A stretch of DNA of 59,640 nt, counting the filler, from Sphacelaria rigidula (lineage: Eukaryota), in the NCBI GenBank assembly GCA_964200075.2. It is 6 parts of 6 records of this genome, joined end to end, with 100 filler letters (N's around TTAATTAATTAA, not from the genome) between each part and the next. Parts side by side here need not be neighbours in the genome. Positions count along the whole stretch, not along the records: positions 29,872 to 39,728 come from CAXNAA020007622.1; positions 39,829 to 49,684 come from CAXNAA020007623.1; 4 more parts are not named here. One strand, written 5' to 3'. Below, piece after piece: positions 36,279 to 49,475 of this stretch. The notes beneath the pieces are model-generated. The model made no database searches and was not told where the DNA came from. It saw nothing but the letters and a program-made list of their open reading frames with translations. Within the stretch, counting starts at the first letter, position 1. The number at the start of each line of letters is the position of its first letter. The position numbers were made by a program, and so were the translations under genes.

Positions 36279-37476
36279 TGGCAGACAACTTCATATAAAT
36301 GGAACTGTTTTACCAGTGCGAGTATTTTTTTTCTCCACAGGAGATCAAGGTTGAAGACTCTAGTACGTATCTGTCGAGCGTGATACACACCATCACGTTG
36401 GCGAGTAGAATTGTTGTAGCATTGCGAGATCGTTTTCGCCTTGAGAAAAAAATATCGATATCGAAATACTCAATGGTCACTCAGCGGTGATTACACCATA
36501 TACTGCGGTGCGTGACAACGAAGAGAAGGAATAAAAAAAGTAGACACTGTGAGCATGCAATTTCACTTCTACGGTGGAACATCAGTTGTTCAGAAATATT
36601 TGCCTCTTCCAAACGACGAGGGTTACGAGTGCAGCATTGTTATCTCCTTGGGCGAGAGGTGGATCGGGGTGGTCGGCCCTCGCGCAGAGACCGGTTGTGT
36701 ACTGTGTGGGTGGGGACCCCGTTCTACGGTTGGCGGCGCACGAGCGCAAGTTTTGACAAGTTTGGCGCTTGTTGGCGCGTCTTAGCGGTACTGTGATGAT
36801 GTGGAAATTTCCGAAGATGAGAAAAAAAGTCGAAGACAGAACAAGGACAACCAAATCTGAACGGTTGCGGTGAACGTGCCGCTGTTCTGATTAAGAAACA
36901 CTCACGTATCATGTATACGTGACATTTTCTCTCACACGAACTCACACAGCCCCCCCCACCCCCCCCCCCCCCCCCCCCCCCCCTTCTCCTGAACCCAACC
37001 CTCCCGCCTCTTACCCGCGCCCCTGCTCGTCACCTTGCACCGGCAACCATCGGTGCAATTTAGGCGCGGTTGAGAGTGGATTCTGAGCGGTCAAACTCTT
37101 CTCAGGATACCCAGGGGGTGAGTGATTATACTGTAATTACCCACATGTTTGTGTCATTCCAGGGTCATATTCCAATTTGTATGTAATGTTCCAATGTATT
37201 TTGTCATGTTTCAATGTGTATATTGCATTCCATTTTATATCTGTGATATTTCCAGTATGCATTTCGATGAGAAGGAGGGCAAGTTGCCCGAAAAATTCAA
37301 AATTCCATCTTTTATACGGCGGCTTCATTTTATCAATAGTACTCTCGTACACTGTTGTATGTGCCCATCCCTTGTACTATGAGTGGGTGATCGATCTACT
37401 GTGCTCTTCTGTGGTGTGTGAAAATATGGTCTTGTGTCCCATGATGTGATGACGCAATCCGTGGTGTAATTCTCAG

Positions 37477-37580
37477 GCGTTCTCCAAGCTTGTGAGGAGA
37501 TTCAACGTGCTGCGTCGACGCTGGCGAGAGGGGAAGCGGAAAAAAAGCGATGGCGGTTTCGGCGAGAGCGATATCGGGAG
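37477..37580 (+). CDS. Downstream exon (AFSKLVRRFNVLRRRWREGKRKKSDGGFGESDIGR)
   Basis: TCTCAG acceptor in phase 0, GAG|GTACGA donor. Confidence 0.7.
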
Positions 37581-37622
37581 GTACGATCACCGCTTCTCCT
37601 GTTGGGCGTCATACCCGATATC

Positions 37623-38125
37623 CACACCCTGGATAATGGCAATATATTGCATTTGTCCAAAAGTGTACTGCGTACAGTATCGACTATTGCGTCTACTGCA
37701 ATGTGTGTGTGAGTGTGTTGTCGTCCCATCTATTCTAGACGCCAGTCTACACCGTTCGGGATATGTAGGCGCACCAGCCGGGGTCACACAGGAGGAAGGT
37801 CAACACAGGAGTTGTTTTTTTTGTATGTTTTTGGTACTCCACCGTGCTACTGCGGTGCCTGCCCTTATTTGTTTTATTGCGAGAGGGGTACAGCAGTCCC
37901 TTTCCTTCGTCAACCGTCAAGTCGAATTTTGTGTAGCCACGGCATAGTCGCTCTGCACCGTTGGGCATGGGGTGAGGAAAAATTCCAGATCATTCCGAGA
38001 ATTGAAGTCACGGTCCAACCGTCAGAAGGTTTCGACCTTACCAACTGAGCCACCGGGGGATGCGACCAGTAATGCACAAAATATTTCCACGTACTCTGTA
38101 ATCTAATGTCATCATCCAGGGTGTG
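37623..38125. mobile_element. Family A MITE split by a SINE B insertion
   Basis: CACACCCTGGATAATG at 37623 and TCCAGGGTGTG ending 38125, with a ~360 bp SINE between. Confidence 0.8.
37702..38058 (-). mobile_element. Full-length tRNA-derived SINE family B (~360 bp)
   Basis: Minus-strand head CCCCGGTGGCTCAGTTGGTAA (A box) with a degenerate B box; (CA)n tail; body matches 46017-46258. Confidence 0.82.
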
Positions 38126-39575
38126 CAGGTGTTGTCACAAATCGATAGTACCCTAGATAGACCGGTCCACTCGAAATATAAACTTGTATTGAAAAAAGGA
38201 AAACTTCATTTGAAACAAGAGTACAGTAGTGGGGCCCCCGTACAGTGCGGTTGGCGCCGCCAGCCCCGCGTGACTGCACTATACTGAAACTCCGAGCTAC
38301 ACTGGAATATTGTGATCATTTGATATCAGACATAGCGGGTCGGAATCGTGACAGGCGATTTTGACTGTACTGTCCTGTAGTATGACCCCGTACTTGCGAC
38401 GACCGCACTGTGGGAGGGCTGGACTGTGAAGGACCCCAACCGTACGTGGCTCGGGGATCGGAGGGTCACGCCTTACACTGTATATCATCATACCTTATGG
38501 GGGGGAGGGGGGGGTGGGGGGTGTAGCCGTCTATAGCTCTCAGTGTTGCTACTCCGCTTCAACTGTGATGTTTTTGTTTGTTTGGCCGCTTATCTCCGCG
38601 TTTAATGTCATATCCCATACCTTGCGACTTGTGCGTCTACCAAGCACTCGTATTTCTTTGAAGCGTGGGAGAGTACCTACATCTGAACCTCGTCACCCAA
38701 TGGTATACCCCCCGCCCCCAACTACCGCCGGCATCACGACCAGAGGAATGACATTAGTTTTTTTATTTTTGGTAAAATATTTTATAAGTGGTTGCCTTGG
38801 AACTTGTATCGATCGCGGGTCTGAATAAACGGGCTATATCGGTGGTTGACAGGGTAAGTGTGTCCGGAAGAAGAAAACGAAACCCAAAAGATCTTTCAAT
38901 CAGGTTATTTATCCTGTATTTTGTGTCACCTAACGAAAATAAGTACTAATAACCGCAATCTGTGCCACGATACAAGCCAAAAATCACGCCGAGACAGAGG
39001 AAGAGGAAATAAAAAGAGGAGTAACGCGAGGGGGTGTGCGCAGATAATGCCTTTTGTGCCCACCCTAGTGTATCTTCGCCTCCTCTATCACACATGACAA
39101 CCAGCCTGTGTCGTTATCCCTTGAAGAAATCACGCTTCAGGCTCGGGGTTCACACCCCAGCGCATTCACTTTGTCTGAACCGCCACAACTCCTTCAAGGA
39201 ATTTTCCTCGTTTGCTGTACTTTCCTTGGTACCTGCCCCGAATTCTCACACCTTCCGATCCTGAACACAAGTCTCCCTGACCTTTTATCACGTCAGCCTC
39301 AAATACACCCACACGCATGCAACCAGAAGCTTGAACTACGGGCTGCAGTACCTTGGAATACTACGGTCCAATCCTTGTGACCCGGACGAGACCTAGTTTT
39401 GCTGTTATTACTCCGATTTCCACACGCACGTTTCCTTGTGTTTAATTTAGAACTGGTTCAGCACGAAATAATAACGCCTCCGAGAACTCGACCCACCACA
39501 TGATTGAACCAAATAGTCGTGCCTCATGAGTTGCAATTGCAGAATATGCAGCAGTGAAGGGTCCTGGTGCATTAA

Positions 39576-39677
39576 CCCTTTGACCGCGAGGGTAGGTCTT
39601 CTGCTGAATTGGCATCAATACTCACTCGAAAAAAGTATGCGTGGTCCAGATGGACCACCCGCATCGCGGTCTAAGGG
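39576..39677. mobile_element. piggyBac-type MITE, second copy
   Basis: TTAA|CCCTTTGACCGCGA...TCGCGGTCTAAGGG; interior collinear with 23456-23553. Confidence 0.7.
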
Positions 39678-40383
39678 TAGTGACTTGGTGAGCTTTTGAG
39701 CTGCTCTGCGGACAGACCCCCCCCCCCCNNNNNNNNNNNNNNNNNNNNNNNNNNNNNNNNNNNNNNNNNNNNTTAATTAATTAANNNNNNNNNNNNNNNN
39801 NNNNNNNNNNNNNNNNNNNNNNNNNNNNCCGTTGGTGTCCTGGATACCATCTTTCCGCAGCACAGTACAGTCCTGTACTGTGGCTGCTGTGGCTGCAGTG
39901 GCTGCGGGGACCAGAAGGCCCGTGATCACGAGTGTGACGGAGTCAATACTAAAATCAAGTTTGCGTTATATAATGCGTTATATAATGTAGAGGGACTGGT
40001 AATAATTTGAATTAAATTACTTGAAATTAGTGTACGCGTTATATAATTTGGCCCGTACCCATGGGCCCGCCGCCGCGGTCTGGCGTCTCCATAACTCGGC
40101 CGCCTTACTGTTATTAAGCGTCACACAAGTTCGATCTTTCTGACTGGTGGTCGCCTCGTACCAATTTCTCCAAAACAATGTCCACCCTTTCCTTCCCCCG
40201 AACACTGGAATCAACTTCAGTTTCTGAGGTCTGACTACGTCCGACCTAATTACTATTACGAGGATTTAGAGTACTCCCAATCCCATCCCCCCACCGAACC
40301 TGGGCATGAGTAAAAACGTGAGTGTGGGTATGTTGTAGCTTTTCATATGTGTGTCACCCCGTATTTCAATCTGGTGTTTTCAG

Positions 40384-40519
40384 GATAGCCAAGATTGAGG
40401 AGGAGGTGGGGCACTACGACGATCTAACGAGCAAGGTAAAAAACATCATGGTTCGAGAGGATGAAGGACCGTTGGAGATGCTTGCTGATCTTGGCGCGGA
40501 CTGCCACGCCAAAGTGGAG
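40384..40519 (+). CDS. UXT: Prefoldin alpha-like protein UXT, internal exon (IAKIEEEVGHYDDL...LEMLADLGADCHAKVE)
   Basis: TTTCAG acceptor, GAG|GTGATG donor; DLG motif of the alpha-prefoldin beta-hairpin; phase 0 joins 41709. Confidence 0.8.
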
Positions 40520-41708
40520 GTGATGGACCCTCATGGGCAAAAGCAGGACAGACGGCAAGTCGAAAGGGGCACCCTGTATCACAGTTCACATCATCGACCG
40601 CCACTGTACAGAAATCCATTGCAGGGAATTATCTCTCCAGGCACCGTGTTGTCTGCGCACACGGTGTTTCATAATGGGATCGCAAAGGAATTTTTTTCGG
40701 GTTCGTTTATGTCCTTGAGCCGCTTCGTAAGGGTTCTTGGTATGCTGTTGCAGTAGACATCCCTAAAATGGTGCGGCCGGGTCGAAGGTTCAAGGCGGAG
40801 GCTTGGGGATAAATGTCAAATCATTCTACGAAGGTCCTATGGAGTGTGTTTCGAGTCATGATGTGCCGCTCCAGCTGTCGTGTGCAGTATATCAGTCCCG
40901 TCGCTCAGATCCATTATCTGAGGATGCTCCCTTCACAACCCAGGGCTGTACTTTACATGCACACACCTGTAGTGGTCATCGTTTCAAGCGACATAGCACA
41001 GTGACCGTAGTAAGCCATGCTCGAAGGTGGTGTCCTGTTGAAAGTGAGCACTTTTAAAGTGGTGGTGGTTGTGTCTTGTCTGCCGCTGTCCGCCCTTGAT
41101 GAAGGCTCTTGTAGGAGCGTGTTGTGGTAGTCAAGGTTTCAACCTGAGGTATCTATGTTTGATATTACTTTTATCATTTATTTGTCACACTTTGAACCCC
41201 TCCCCTTCCTCGAGACGAGCCCATAGTCTTAACCAATCTCTCCCCGGTACACGCCTTGTATTTTGGTCTCGCGGATCGGATCTGAAAGTGAATATTAACC
41301 CGAGTGTATTTTGCTTGAGAACAGCCATGACTTTCGTCGCTCTGTTCGTCTCCTTCATGTACGAACGTGATATGTTGGCTACAGGCTGCTTGAGACACCC
41401 ACCTATCCACACCATTGTCGTGTGAAGATTCCGTACCTTCGTTAGCGCCGCTCTACCCGTCGATCCTGTACGGCGCGAAGTGTTTCCCTTCTTGGCAACC
41501 AGACGCATGAGCATATTAAAAAGTCACTAAATAATGACGTGTGTTGACTACTTGACCACCAGGGTGGGCGATCTGGGCCTCACGTTCACTTCTCAAGGGA
41601 AGATGATTCCGATTCAATAGGTGGCCTACCCTGGCGATAAAAGGATCATGTCTGATGGAATCGAACTTACCAGCTAATCGACACATTTTCTCGCGTCGTT
41701 TTCCGCAG

Positions 41709-41921
41709 GTGGCTGACCCTACCAGGGTATTTGTCCACGTCGCGCTGGGGTTCCACGTGGAATTCACATTATCAGAGGCTATTACGTTTGCGGGCGTGAA
41801 AAAAACAAAATTAAAGCAAGAAGTGCAAAAGCTGAAGGAGCGGGAAGCAGCGGTCGCGAGGGACGTTGCCTCTGCACAGATATTAGTTGAGCAGCTGAGG
41901 GCACTAGCAAACGCAGGGTAG
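41709..41921 (+). CDS. UXT: UXT last exon (VADPTRVFVHVALGFHVEFTLSEAITF...LRALANAG*)
   Basis: CGCAG acceptor; V.V.LGF.VEFTL.EA signature followed by a coiled-coil helix and TAG stop; first exon not found on this contig. Confidence 0.85.
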   Translation: MADPTRVFVHVALGFHVEFTLSEAITFAGVKKTKLKQEVQKLKEREAAVARDVASAQILVEQLRALANAG

Positions 41922-42869
41922 AGAGAGCTGTCCAGTATGTATTATTGATCTCGGCTGCATCGCAGTTGTGGTGTGCGGCGTGCATTTTGAAGTTGTGCAG
42001 TGTGAGTTGTAACGTTTGTCAGGAGAAGGGCGGCGCTGTGTGTGCATGATGTGTAGTGAAATGTGTGTGATATGTCAGGACCTGCGGTATATAGTTGTGT
42101 GTGTGCGTTGAAGGGAAACAAACTTGTAAAATCTGTTGTGTTGATGTTAGTCGCATAGGATCGAGAACTTGATACTTGAAGTATGGTGGTACTTGCTGCT
42201 TGCCTGAGTGATACACAGATCCCATCAGATGATTTGTTCGAAATATGCGCGAGGTACTGCCGTAGGTGTATTGCCCTGTGTGCTATTCCTTTGATTGGAG
42301 CTCGTGTGTGGGGATGTCGTTTCCAAACATGACCCGCAATGTTATGTGTGGGCCAAAGTCGCCGTCTCACGTCTCACTTCTTCCTCGCGTGCAAGTGCGG
42401 GTTTTGACGAAATATGCCAAGCGGTGACAGTCTAGGGATGAGGCTGTACGAGACGCGTACAACGGAGACATGTCGCTAAAAAAAATCCCTGTTGGGTATG
42501 GTTATCCTGCCGAACTCGCGGTCCGTATTTGTCACGCAACTACCGTAAGTACGCAATGGAAGCGACGCAAAACACTCTTTAACAAGCCCCACCGACGGTG
42601 AATTTTCCGTTGTGGGTCGGAGCTTTTCTCGACCTGTGCGGCAGCCATACCGCCGAGATCTGAGAATCATTTCAGCTACCAGAATCCTCATGTTTCTTGG
42701 AGAACTCGATGTATGGAAACATTTGCCATGAGGGCTTGCTGTACTCCGTCGTCGAAGAGGGCAACATTGGTGAACAGAGAGTATCCCTTGTGGCGACTAT
42801 TGCGGCGTTTCACTCTCAAGTGGGGGAAGGTCAATCTGTAAGTAAAAGGCAAAGTTGTGTTATGCAGGC

Positions 42870-43850
42870 TACGATTTTCTGTAAACTCGGGGTATATCCC
42901 CGGGTATTTACCGTACCCGACAGTTCTGTGAACTGTGGAAGACTTCCCTTTACCCGATAATTGTGTGAGTTCTGTAAGCCTCCCGTACCTTCACCGGGGG
43001 GCATGGGTATTCTCTTGATAAGATACCCAGTTGCGGGTACGGTTTTCTGTGCAACCTCAGTACCCTACCCGACAGTTTCTATGAGTTCTGCAAGCCCCCC
43101 ATACCCTTACCCGACAGTTCTGAGAGCTCTGTGCAGAATGTTCACCCGTACCCGGAGCGCGGGTATGTCCTTGAAGAAATACCCGATTTCCAGCACGGTT
43201 TTCTGTATCCGCCCATGCCCTACCCGACAAGTTCTCTAATTTCTGTAAGACGTTCAAACCGGTACCGGACAGTTTTGAAATTTCATGAACCCGTTTTGAA
43301 CTCATAACGGAAATATGATCATTTGCAATCGACGGTTTTTGAGCAAAATATGGTTGATGGTTCACAGCTCAGACGCAACAATATTCGCCCAATGCGTATC
43401 TTTCAGATCCGTGCGAGTGACAAGTGAAACAAAAGAAGGTTTCCTATTTACCGATGTGCCGTACCGGACCCGGGAACCCATTGCTGTTTCTTCAATGGAA
43501 TGTTTCATAGTGTGTTTTCTAATTACTGTCGATGGATACAATGGGACACACCACTTCATCCGTTGCGTGGTATGGTTTTGGAGAAACCTCGTCCGACTTC
43601 TCCGCGGAGGACACCTTTCCTGCACCCGCCACGTGTGCTACTGGATTCTTCTTCAGTCTTCCATAAATGATTATAAAAATGGTTGCCATGGACCTTTTCT
43701 GTTTTCATATTTTCCTCTCTATCAGGGCTTCTCATAATGAGGCGTTTGGCCCGGGGACAGGAGGAGGGGGGTTCCAAAAGGGTTAAGACTTCAATACCGG
43801 TACCCGATATTTCTGGGAGTTCTATGAAGAATCTCACACCCTACAGAACA
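42870..43850. repeat. Repeat element with arrays of TACCCG/GTTCTGT subrepeats (likely subterminal repeats of a non-autonomous DNA transposon)
   Basis: Many degenerate TACCCGACAGTTCTGTGAGTTCTGTAAG units at 42880-43280, recurring at ~43790-43850. Confidence 0.6.
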
Positions 43851-44179
43851 CAGCCTTGAATTAATATGTTGATAAGTTGTGCATAATATGCACAGCCTGG
43901 CGACTGCATCCTGGTTCTGCTTTGTGTTCTAACCGATCCAGCGAGTAAAAAACAGTTTTGGATCCAGGCGCAGACGTTATTCCTAAGCCTCACTCGAAAG
44001 ATAAACAGTATCAGACATGATAACGTGGATAAACGGTTGAATGGAAGATACTCTCCTCGGAAGATCATGTGCAATAGTGCACAAACTAGGCCTGGATTTT
44101 GCGCGGCATATTTTTGTGTCCATTTTGTAGAGTTGATGGGAAGAGCAATGTTGGGAGGGAGGGTGGGAATAATTTTATA

Positions 44180-44783
44180 CTTCCTCCGTCCCATACGTCT
44201 GGTCGGTTACGTTTTTACGAGCTCTCACCTGTGTCCGATCTGATTTTTGATGCTTTTATTGCATTCGTTCGCGTTTTTTTAGCTAGAACAACACTCTTTC
44301 TACAACGTGGGTGCTCGACGCGTGCAGTCTCGCGGTCGAGAAAAAGTAGGTCGGCCTATAAACGGCAATGTTTCGCTCTTTTTCCCAGTAATACGATGGG
44401 GGATTCGGGAACACGAAAAATCGCGAAAAAACGTGAAAAAAACGTGAAACTCGCAAAAAAAACATTGATTTTGGATATCTCCGTGACGTTAAATTACGCA
44501 CGCCCCATCAAACATATTTCCAACATGTAGTCGCTAGTGTTTGACGTAAAAACGTCCAAAAACGGTTAATATTGGGATATATGTTGACCAAAAATGGGCC
44601 AAGATGGGCATATTTTGACGTCATTTTAGCATGGATCACTAGCATTTTTTTTCTTTCTTTTTTTGCATCAGCTTTGTTGGCGCTTCATCTTTCCAACGAA
44701 CTCAACCATAGGATGATAGGAAGAGTTCGAATGCGCAAGCGATCGAAAGCCCATAACCGACCAGACTTATGAGACAGAGGAAG
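44180..44783. mobile_element. 604-bp Stowaway-like (Tc1/mariner) non-autonomous element
   Basis: TA|CTTCCTCCGTCCCATACGTCTGGTCGGTTA ... TAACCGACCAGACTTATGAGACAGAGGAAG|TA: ~30-bp TIR and TA TSD. Confidence 0.88.
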
Positions 44784-46016
44784 TAGAAGAGGATGGTGTT
44801 GCACCATGCATGATGCATCGTTGGCATAGATATTTTTGTCAGTAACATGATGAGCTGACGTCCATACTCCCTCGTTGATTGCTCACTTACTGTTGCCTGG
44901 TCGGTTTACTTTTGAGTTATTGATTTATTGTTGATTGGCGTCTACTCTACTTCCTTACCTGACCCCAACCCCCCAACAACAATGATGGGAACAGGCGGTC
45001 ATATTGTCACCTTGCCGGCACCTAGAAGAGGTGGATACAAATTTTGTAATCATATTTGATAACCGGCACCAATCATTCAGCTCGCCTTGAGCTGGTAATA
45101 CAAGGAATTACATCGACCTCAAAGCCCTTAATGATGAATGCATGCCTCGATGAACGTGCATGGCCGCGCGGCAGGGAGAGGGGGGGGGAGACAGAGAGTG
45201 GGGGAGAGCGGGGGCACCCCGAGAAGAGCACGGTGCCTCCGGGTGATGTATGCATGCATTGCCCTCTAGATACTTTTCAGGGTGCGCAAAGTGTTGCAAG
45301 ATATGATAACCATGTTCATAATTTAATAGCGTCCGCAGTGTGCACTCACAGGACTGCACTAGCGTTGAACCTGTGTGTGAAATGAGTCATGCTACGATAG
45401 GGCGGGGGTGTTCGACTCCACGAAAATGGGTTCATATATGCTTCAGACGACGTAACATATGCGCGGTGCGCCTGTATTTGGGGAAAAGCGGTGTCAAGCA
45501 GTACGAATGAGAGGGGGTTGTTTATCGGGAGCAAGCGCATTCGAACAACCGTTGCTGCTATCAACGACGATTGCAAGTAGAATTTCGTGGAAGAAAGCGG
45601 TCCAAAATACTCCCCCCCCCCCTCCCCCCCATCGTAGCATGACTCAAATGTCACGGGTGAGCGAAGGCGAGAGGTTGGGTAAAACAACTTTCGAAAAATG
45701 CTGCGTTTTTCACCTCCTGTAACTGCAACCTGCGTACTCTACAGAGACCCGTTTTCTCGCCGTCTGTCTTGGTCATAGACTTCGCTAACTTCTGAGAGCA
45801 TTGTCAGGTATGTGAAAATTTCCTTCAAGCATACAGCTGTACTGATCTGATGTAGCGCACATACTTTCTGCTTCTTGTCACCATCAAAAATATGCAGAGG
45901 AAATGGTTGCTTCATACAAAAATCGTGCGTGATTTGCTGTCGTCGTAGGAGTATCTTTATTATGTTGTAAACAGATTCACATGCGTGTTCAGAGATGATA
46001 CCCGTAGACATGTAAA

Positions 46017-46258
46017 GTGTGTGTGTTGTCGTCCCATCTATTCTCGACGCCTGTCTACACCTTTCGGTATATGTGGGCGCACCAGCCGGGGTCGCACAGG
46101 AGGAAGTTCAACACAGGAGCTTTTTCTTTTCAAGTTGTTTCAAGTAATCCACCTTCCGTCTGCGGTGCTTGCCTTTATTTTTTATCGCGAGAGGAATTCA
46201 GCAGTCCCTTTCCCTCGTTGACCGTTGAGTCGAAAAATTCAATTTTGTGTACCCACGA
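46017..46258 (-). mobile_element. SINE family B, 5'-truncated
   Basis: Collinear with 37710-37942. Confidence 0.85.
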
Positions 46259-47060
46259 GTGTAGAGGATATCTTGATATTAATATCTTACTCGCATGTGC
46301 TGTATCCATAGGTACGCTTATCGCTCGTCCCTCGTCTGCAAAATCCACAAATATTAACTGCTAGAAGTCTGTCACGCACGCGCTTGGGTGTCGTATTTGA
46401 CACGCTACGCCGTAATAATACAGACAACACCTCTTATTTTGCTTATCTCGCGGGTGTCTGTTGCACTCAGTTCCCACCACTGCAGTGTATGTATCACTAC
46501 TGTGCCCAGTTCGTGATCTATGCCGCAGGGTTGAGAAGGTAGCTGCGAATGAACCATGTAGATTTGCGTACTTCTGTGAAAGGGTGGTATCTGGCACGGT
46601 TGTCTGCAACATAGGAGTTACGTGCCCCTTCGTTCATTCTGCCGCTCGTTTCAATCGAAAAAGCTACGAGTACGCGTAAGCTTTTCTCTTTTTGACCCTG
46701 CCCGTCGCGCGCAACTGATTGTAAAATGGACTTGAAGCCATCTGAGAACATAAATACCGTGGACGCATCTGATACGGCCCCGCAGCGACGATCGCATGTT
46801 GTTTTCGAGACGGAAAAGTGGACGTGAGGCACGGCCTCAACCTGACGAGGCGCCGGGATGGACTGCCATGACCGACCTTGTCAGCGCTACGCTGGGAGGG
46901 CGAGTGCTGTTCGCGACTGACGGTAAGATTTCCGACGCATTTCAAGATGCAAATAATCGCGTAAACTACAGTAATAAATCATGCGTGCATGAGGCGATGG
47001 GTTTTGCCATCCTAGGTCGATGTTGTTCTAGGACTGAGTCGAAAAGCTGGCGTTTCTTGT

Positions 47061-47179
47061 GTCCTTCGAAAGATCCCCCGAGGGTCGTTCCAACCGAAGG
47101 CATCTCTCGCGGGTGCGCGCGTCCTTCGAAAGATCCCCCGAGGGTCGTTCCAACCGAAGGCATCTCTCGCGGGTGCGCG
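47061..47179. repeat. Perfect tandem duplication, period 60 bp
   Basis: 47061-47119 is identical to 47121-47179. Confidence 0.95.
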
Positions 47180-47269
47180 GGGTGCTCGCTTGTCGGAAGA
47201 TATTGAGGCTGGCGAGGAAGACCAGGGGTTTCGTACGTTGTCACCTACCGTAGCACTCTGGTTGAGAGC

Positions 47270-47810
47270 TACAGTAGTGGGCGGTCTAACTATTCAGTTT
47301 GTGGCATTTTGTGATTTTTCCGTAATTGCCGATTTTCTTGGGCTCTTTTCGCTTGCCACCGCCTATCACATCGGGGATCTCAAGATAGTTGTATTCGCTC
47401 CAAATTCCGAGAAGAAGAAAACATATGTAGTAAATATCGAGTGACTTACGGGCTGACCGGTCATCGGGGGTCCTGCCACGATTCAGCCCAGGTCCTTACT
47501 CTTCTGTATTTTGTGTCGATCGAGCCCGTCCCGATCATATTTGTAAAAAAATGTACATTTATATTTGTTTGAAATTCTGCCTACTCAGTGCACTAGGGCC
47601 GAAAAACTGTGTTTCACGGTCAAAAACACCCTCCTGATGAACGGGGTATTTGCTCGTTTCGCCCGATAACACCAACTGAGACTGACTTGGGCACGGTTTT
47701 TCGAAGATGATATATATATTTTTGTACGAAAATCTACCGACGCTAGCAATTTCGAGTTCTATCGAAGAGTAGCACGCGAGGAAAACCCCAAAACACCTCT
47801 AAGTAGTTAG
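47270..47810 (+). mobile_element. Single arm homologous to the 5867-7270 foldback element
   Basis: Shared blocks GACTTAYGGGCTGA..TCGGGGGTCCTGC, AAAAACTGTGTTT, CCTGATGAACG, CGACGCTAG..TTTCGAGT. Confidence 0.7.
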
Positions 47811-49475
47811 ACCGCCCACTACTGAACGGTACATCACAATACTTTTGTGCTCAACTCCTACGTCGCGTCATGTCTCTTGTGGTGGTACTGTGCACCGTTG
47901 CAGGCAGGTGCAGGCAGGTGTGTGCTGCCCATAGCGTCGCACCGTAACGGTTCAGTAGTGGTGTCACTCCTCCAAAGCCGCCTATGATTTTTTTCCCAAC
48001 CACTTCTATGTTAGACACCAGGGAGCGTTTGTTTGTAGCTTCGTGACCCCCGTGAGTGGATGGGATGCAGACATGACTGTGACAGTCAATCAGTGGACAC
48101 GGGTGACAGCCGATCAGGATGTGGTAGACTGTGTACGAGCTGGGCAATCAGTAAATCCCGCATTTGCATGTCACATCATAACTTATCAAGTTTACCAAAT
48201 CAGCCTGACTTCAGTATATCGGTGTGACCTGCAGACCAACGTGGTAACGCACGGGACCGCCGCTGAATGAAAAAAAAATGAAAAAAATGCACTGCATAAT
48301 GTATCACTTAGCCGACGGAACAAAGAAAAACGACTCCGTCGGGATTCTAATTCGTGATCTCCATAACTGGAGTCAACTGCATCACTTGGATTAAAGGAGC
48401 GCAGCCGTGCCACACGAAAAGTTGGCTGCTGCGCCAAATTTGTGGAATTTTTGGCCGAAATTGCACCAGGATCTCCTCCACACAAGGACACGCAGCTACA
48501 CTAGGGATACCCTCGTATTTATTTATTTTCACGGAGTTATAGCATTTTTCTAGTTTTTGCAGAAGCTTCAAATCGCTCCAACTTTTTGTTTTTTTGTTCT
48601 TGGCATCCGGGAAGGTTGTACGTAGTGGTAATATAAATATTATGTAAAAAAATCAGCGCCCAACGCTTTGGATTACCCACCGCCCTACCCGGATACATTC
48701 GTGAATCACTGTCAGCTGGCACAGCTCGTATAGTGTTGTTAGATGGAAAGGAAGGAGGGTGAACTCGTAGCCTCGAGTTATTCCAGACAGAAAACACCCG
48801 CACTCACGTATGTCCAGTCACTCCTCTCACGGTATAAAGTTATCCCGTGTAATAGCCAGAACTCATCAAACAGGTATGTCCCTACTGTACCTTATCCTGA
48901 CACAGTGTATCTTACGGACTACCCTGGCCATTTCAGGAATAGCGTTTCCCCGCGTGCCATCGTCCCGCATGTCCCGAATTATGGCGCAACAATCGAAAGC
49001 ATCAGACTCGATTCATGTGCTCATGTACAAAGACAACATCCGACACCAATTTCACGAGATTTGATCATATTTTCTACTCAAAACCGCATTGAAATCAAGT
49101 CATTGTCAGTTCCGCCAAAATGAATAAATAAAAATCGGGACACAATCTGATCTCTTTACACCGTTACGGACTGCTGCAACGCGCAACCCCAATTCAGCGA
49201 CATTTACTTTTTAGCTGTGCATCACATGACACGTGGCAAAAATTGCAGCGCGTTGCAGCGGCGACAGGGCGCGGACGGCCGTCCGCTACTTGCGGTGTAA
49301 AGTTGAGCCTCAAAACGTCTTCGAGCCCTGCGTTTTCTCGTGCCATCGAACGGTGCCGAACGGAAACGCCTGCGCTAGTTTGAATCGAGACCCTCCCTTC
49401 GAACACCCCCCCTCCCCCCCGCTCCCTCGCCGAATGTTGGAGGCGTCTCTATTATGTAGGAGTAGGAAAGGTGCC

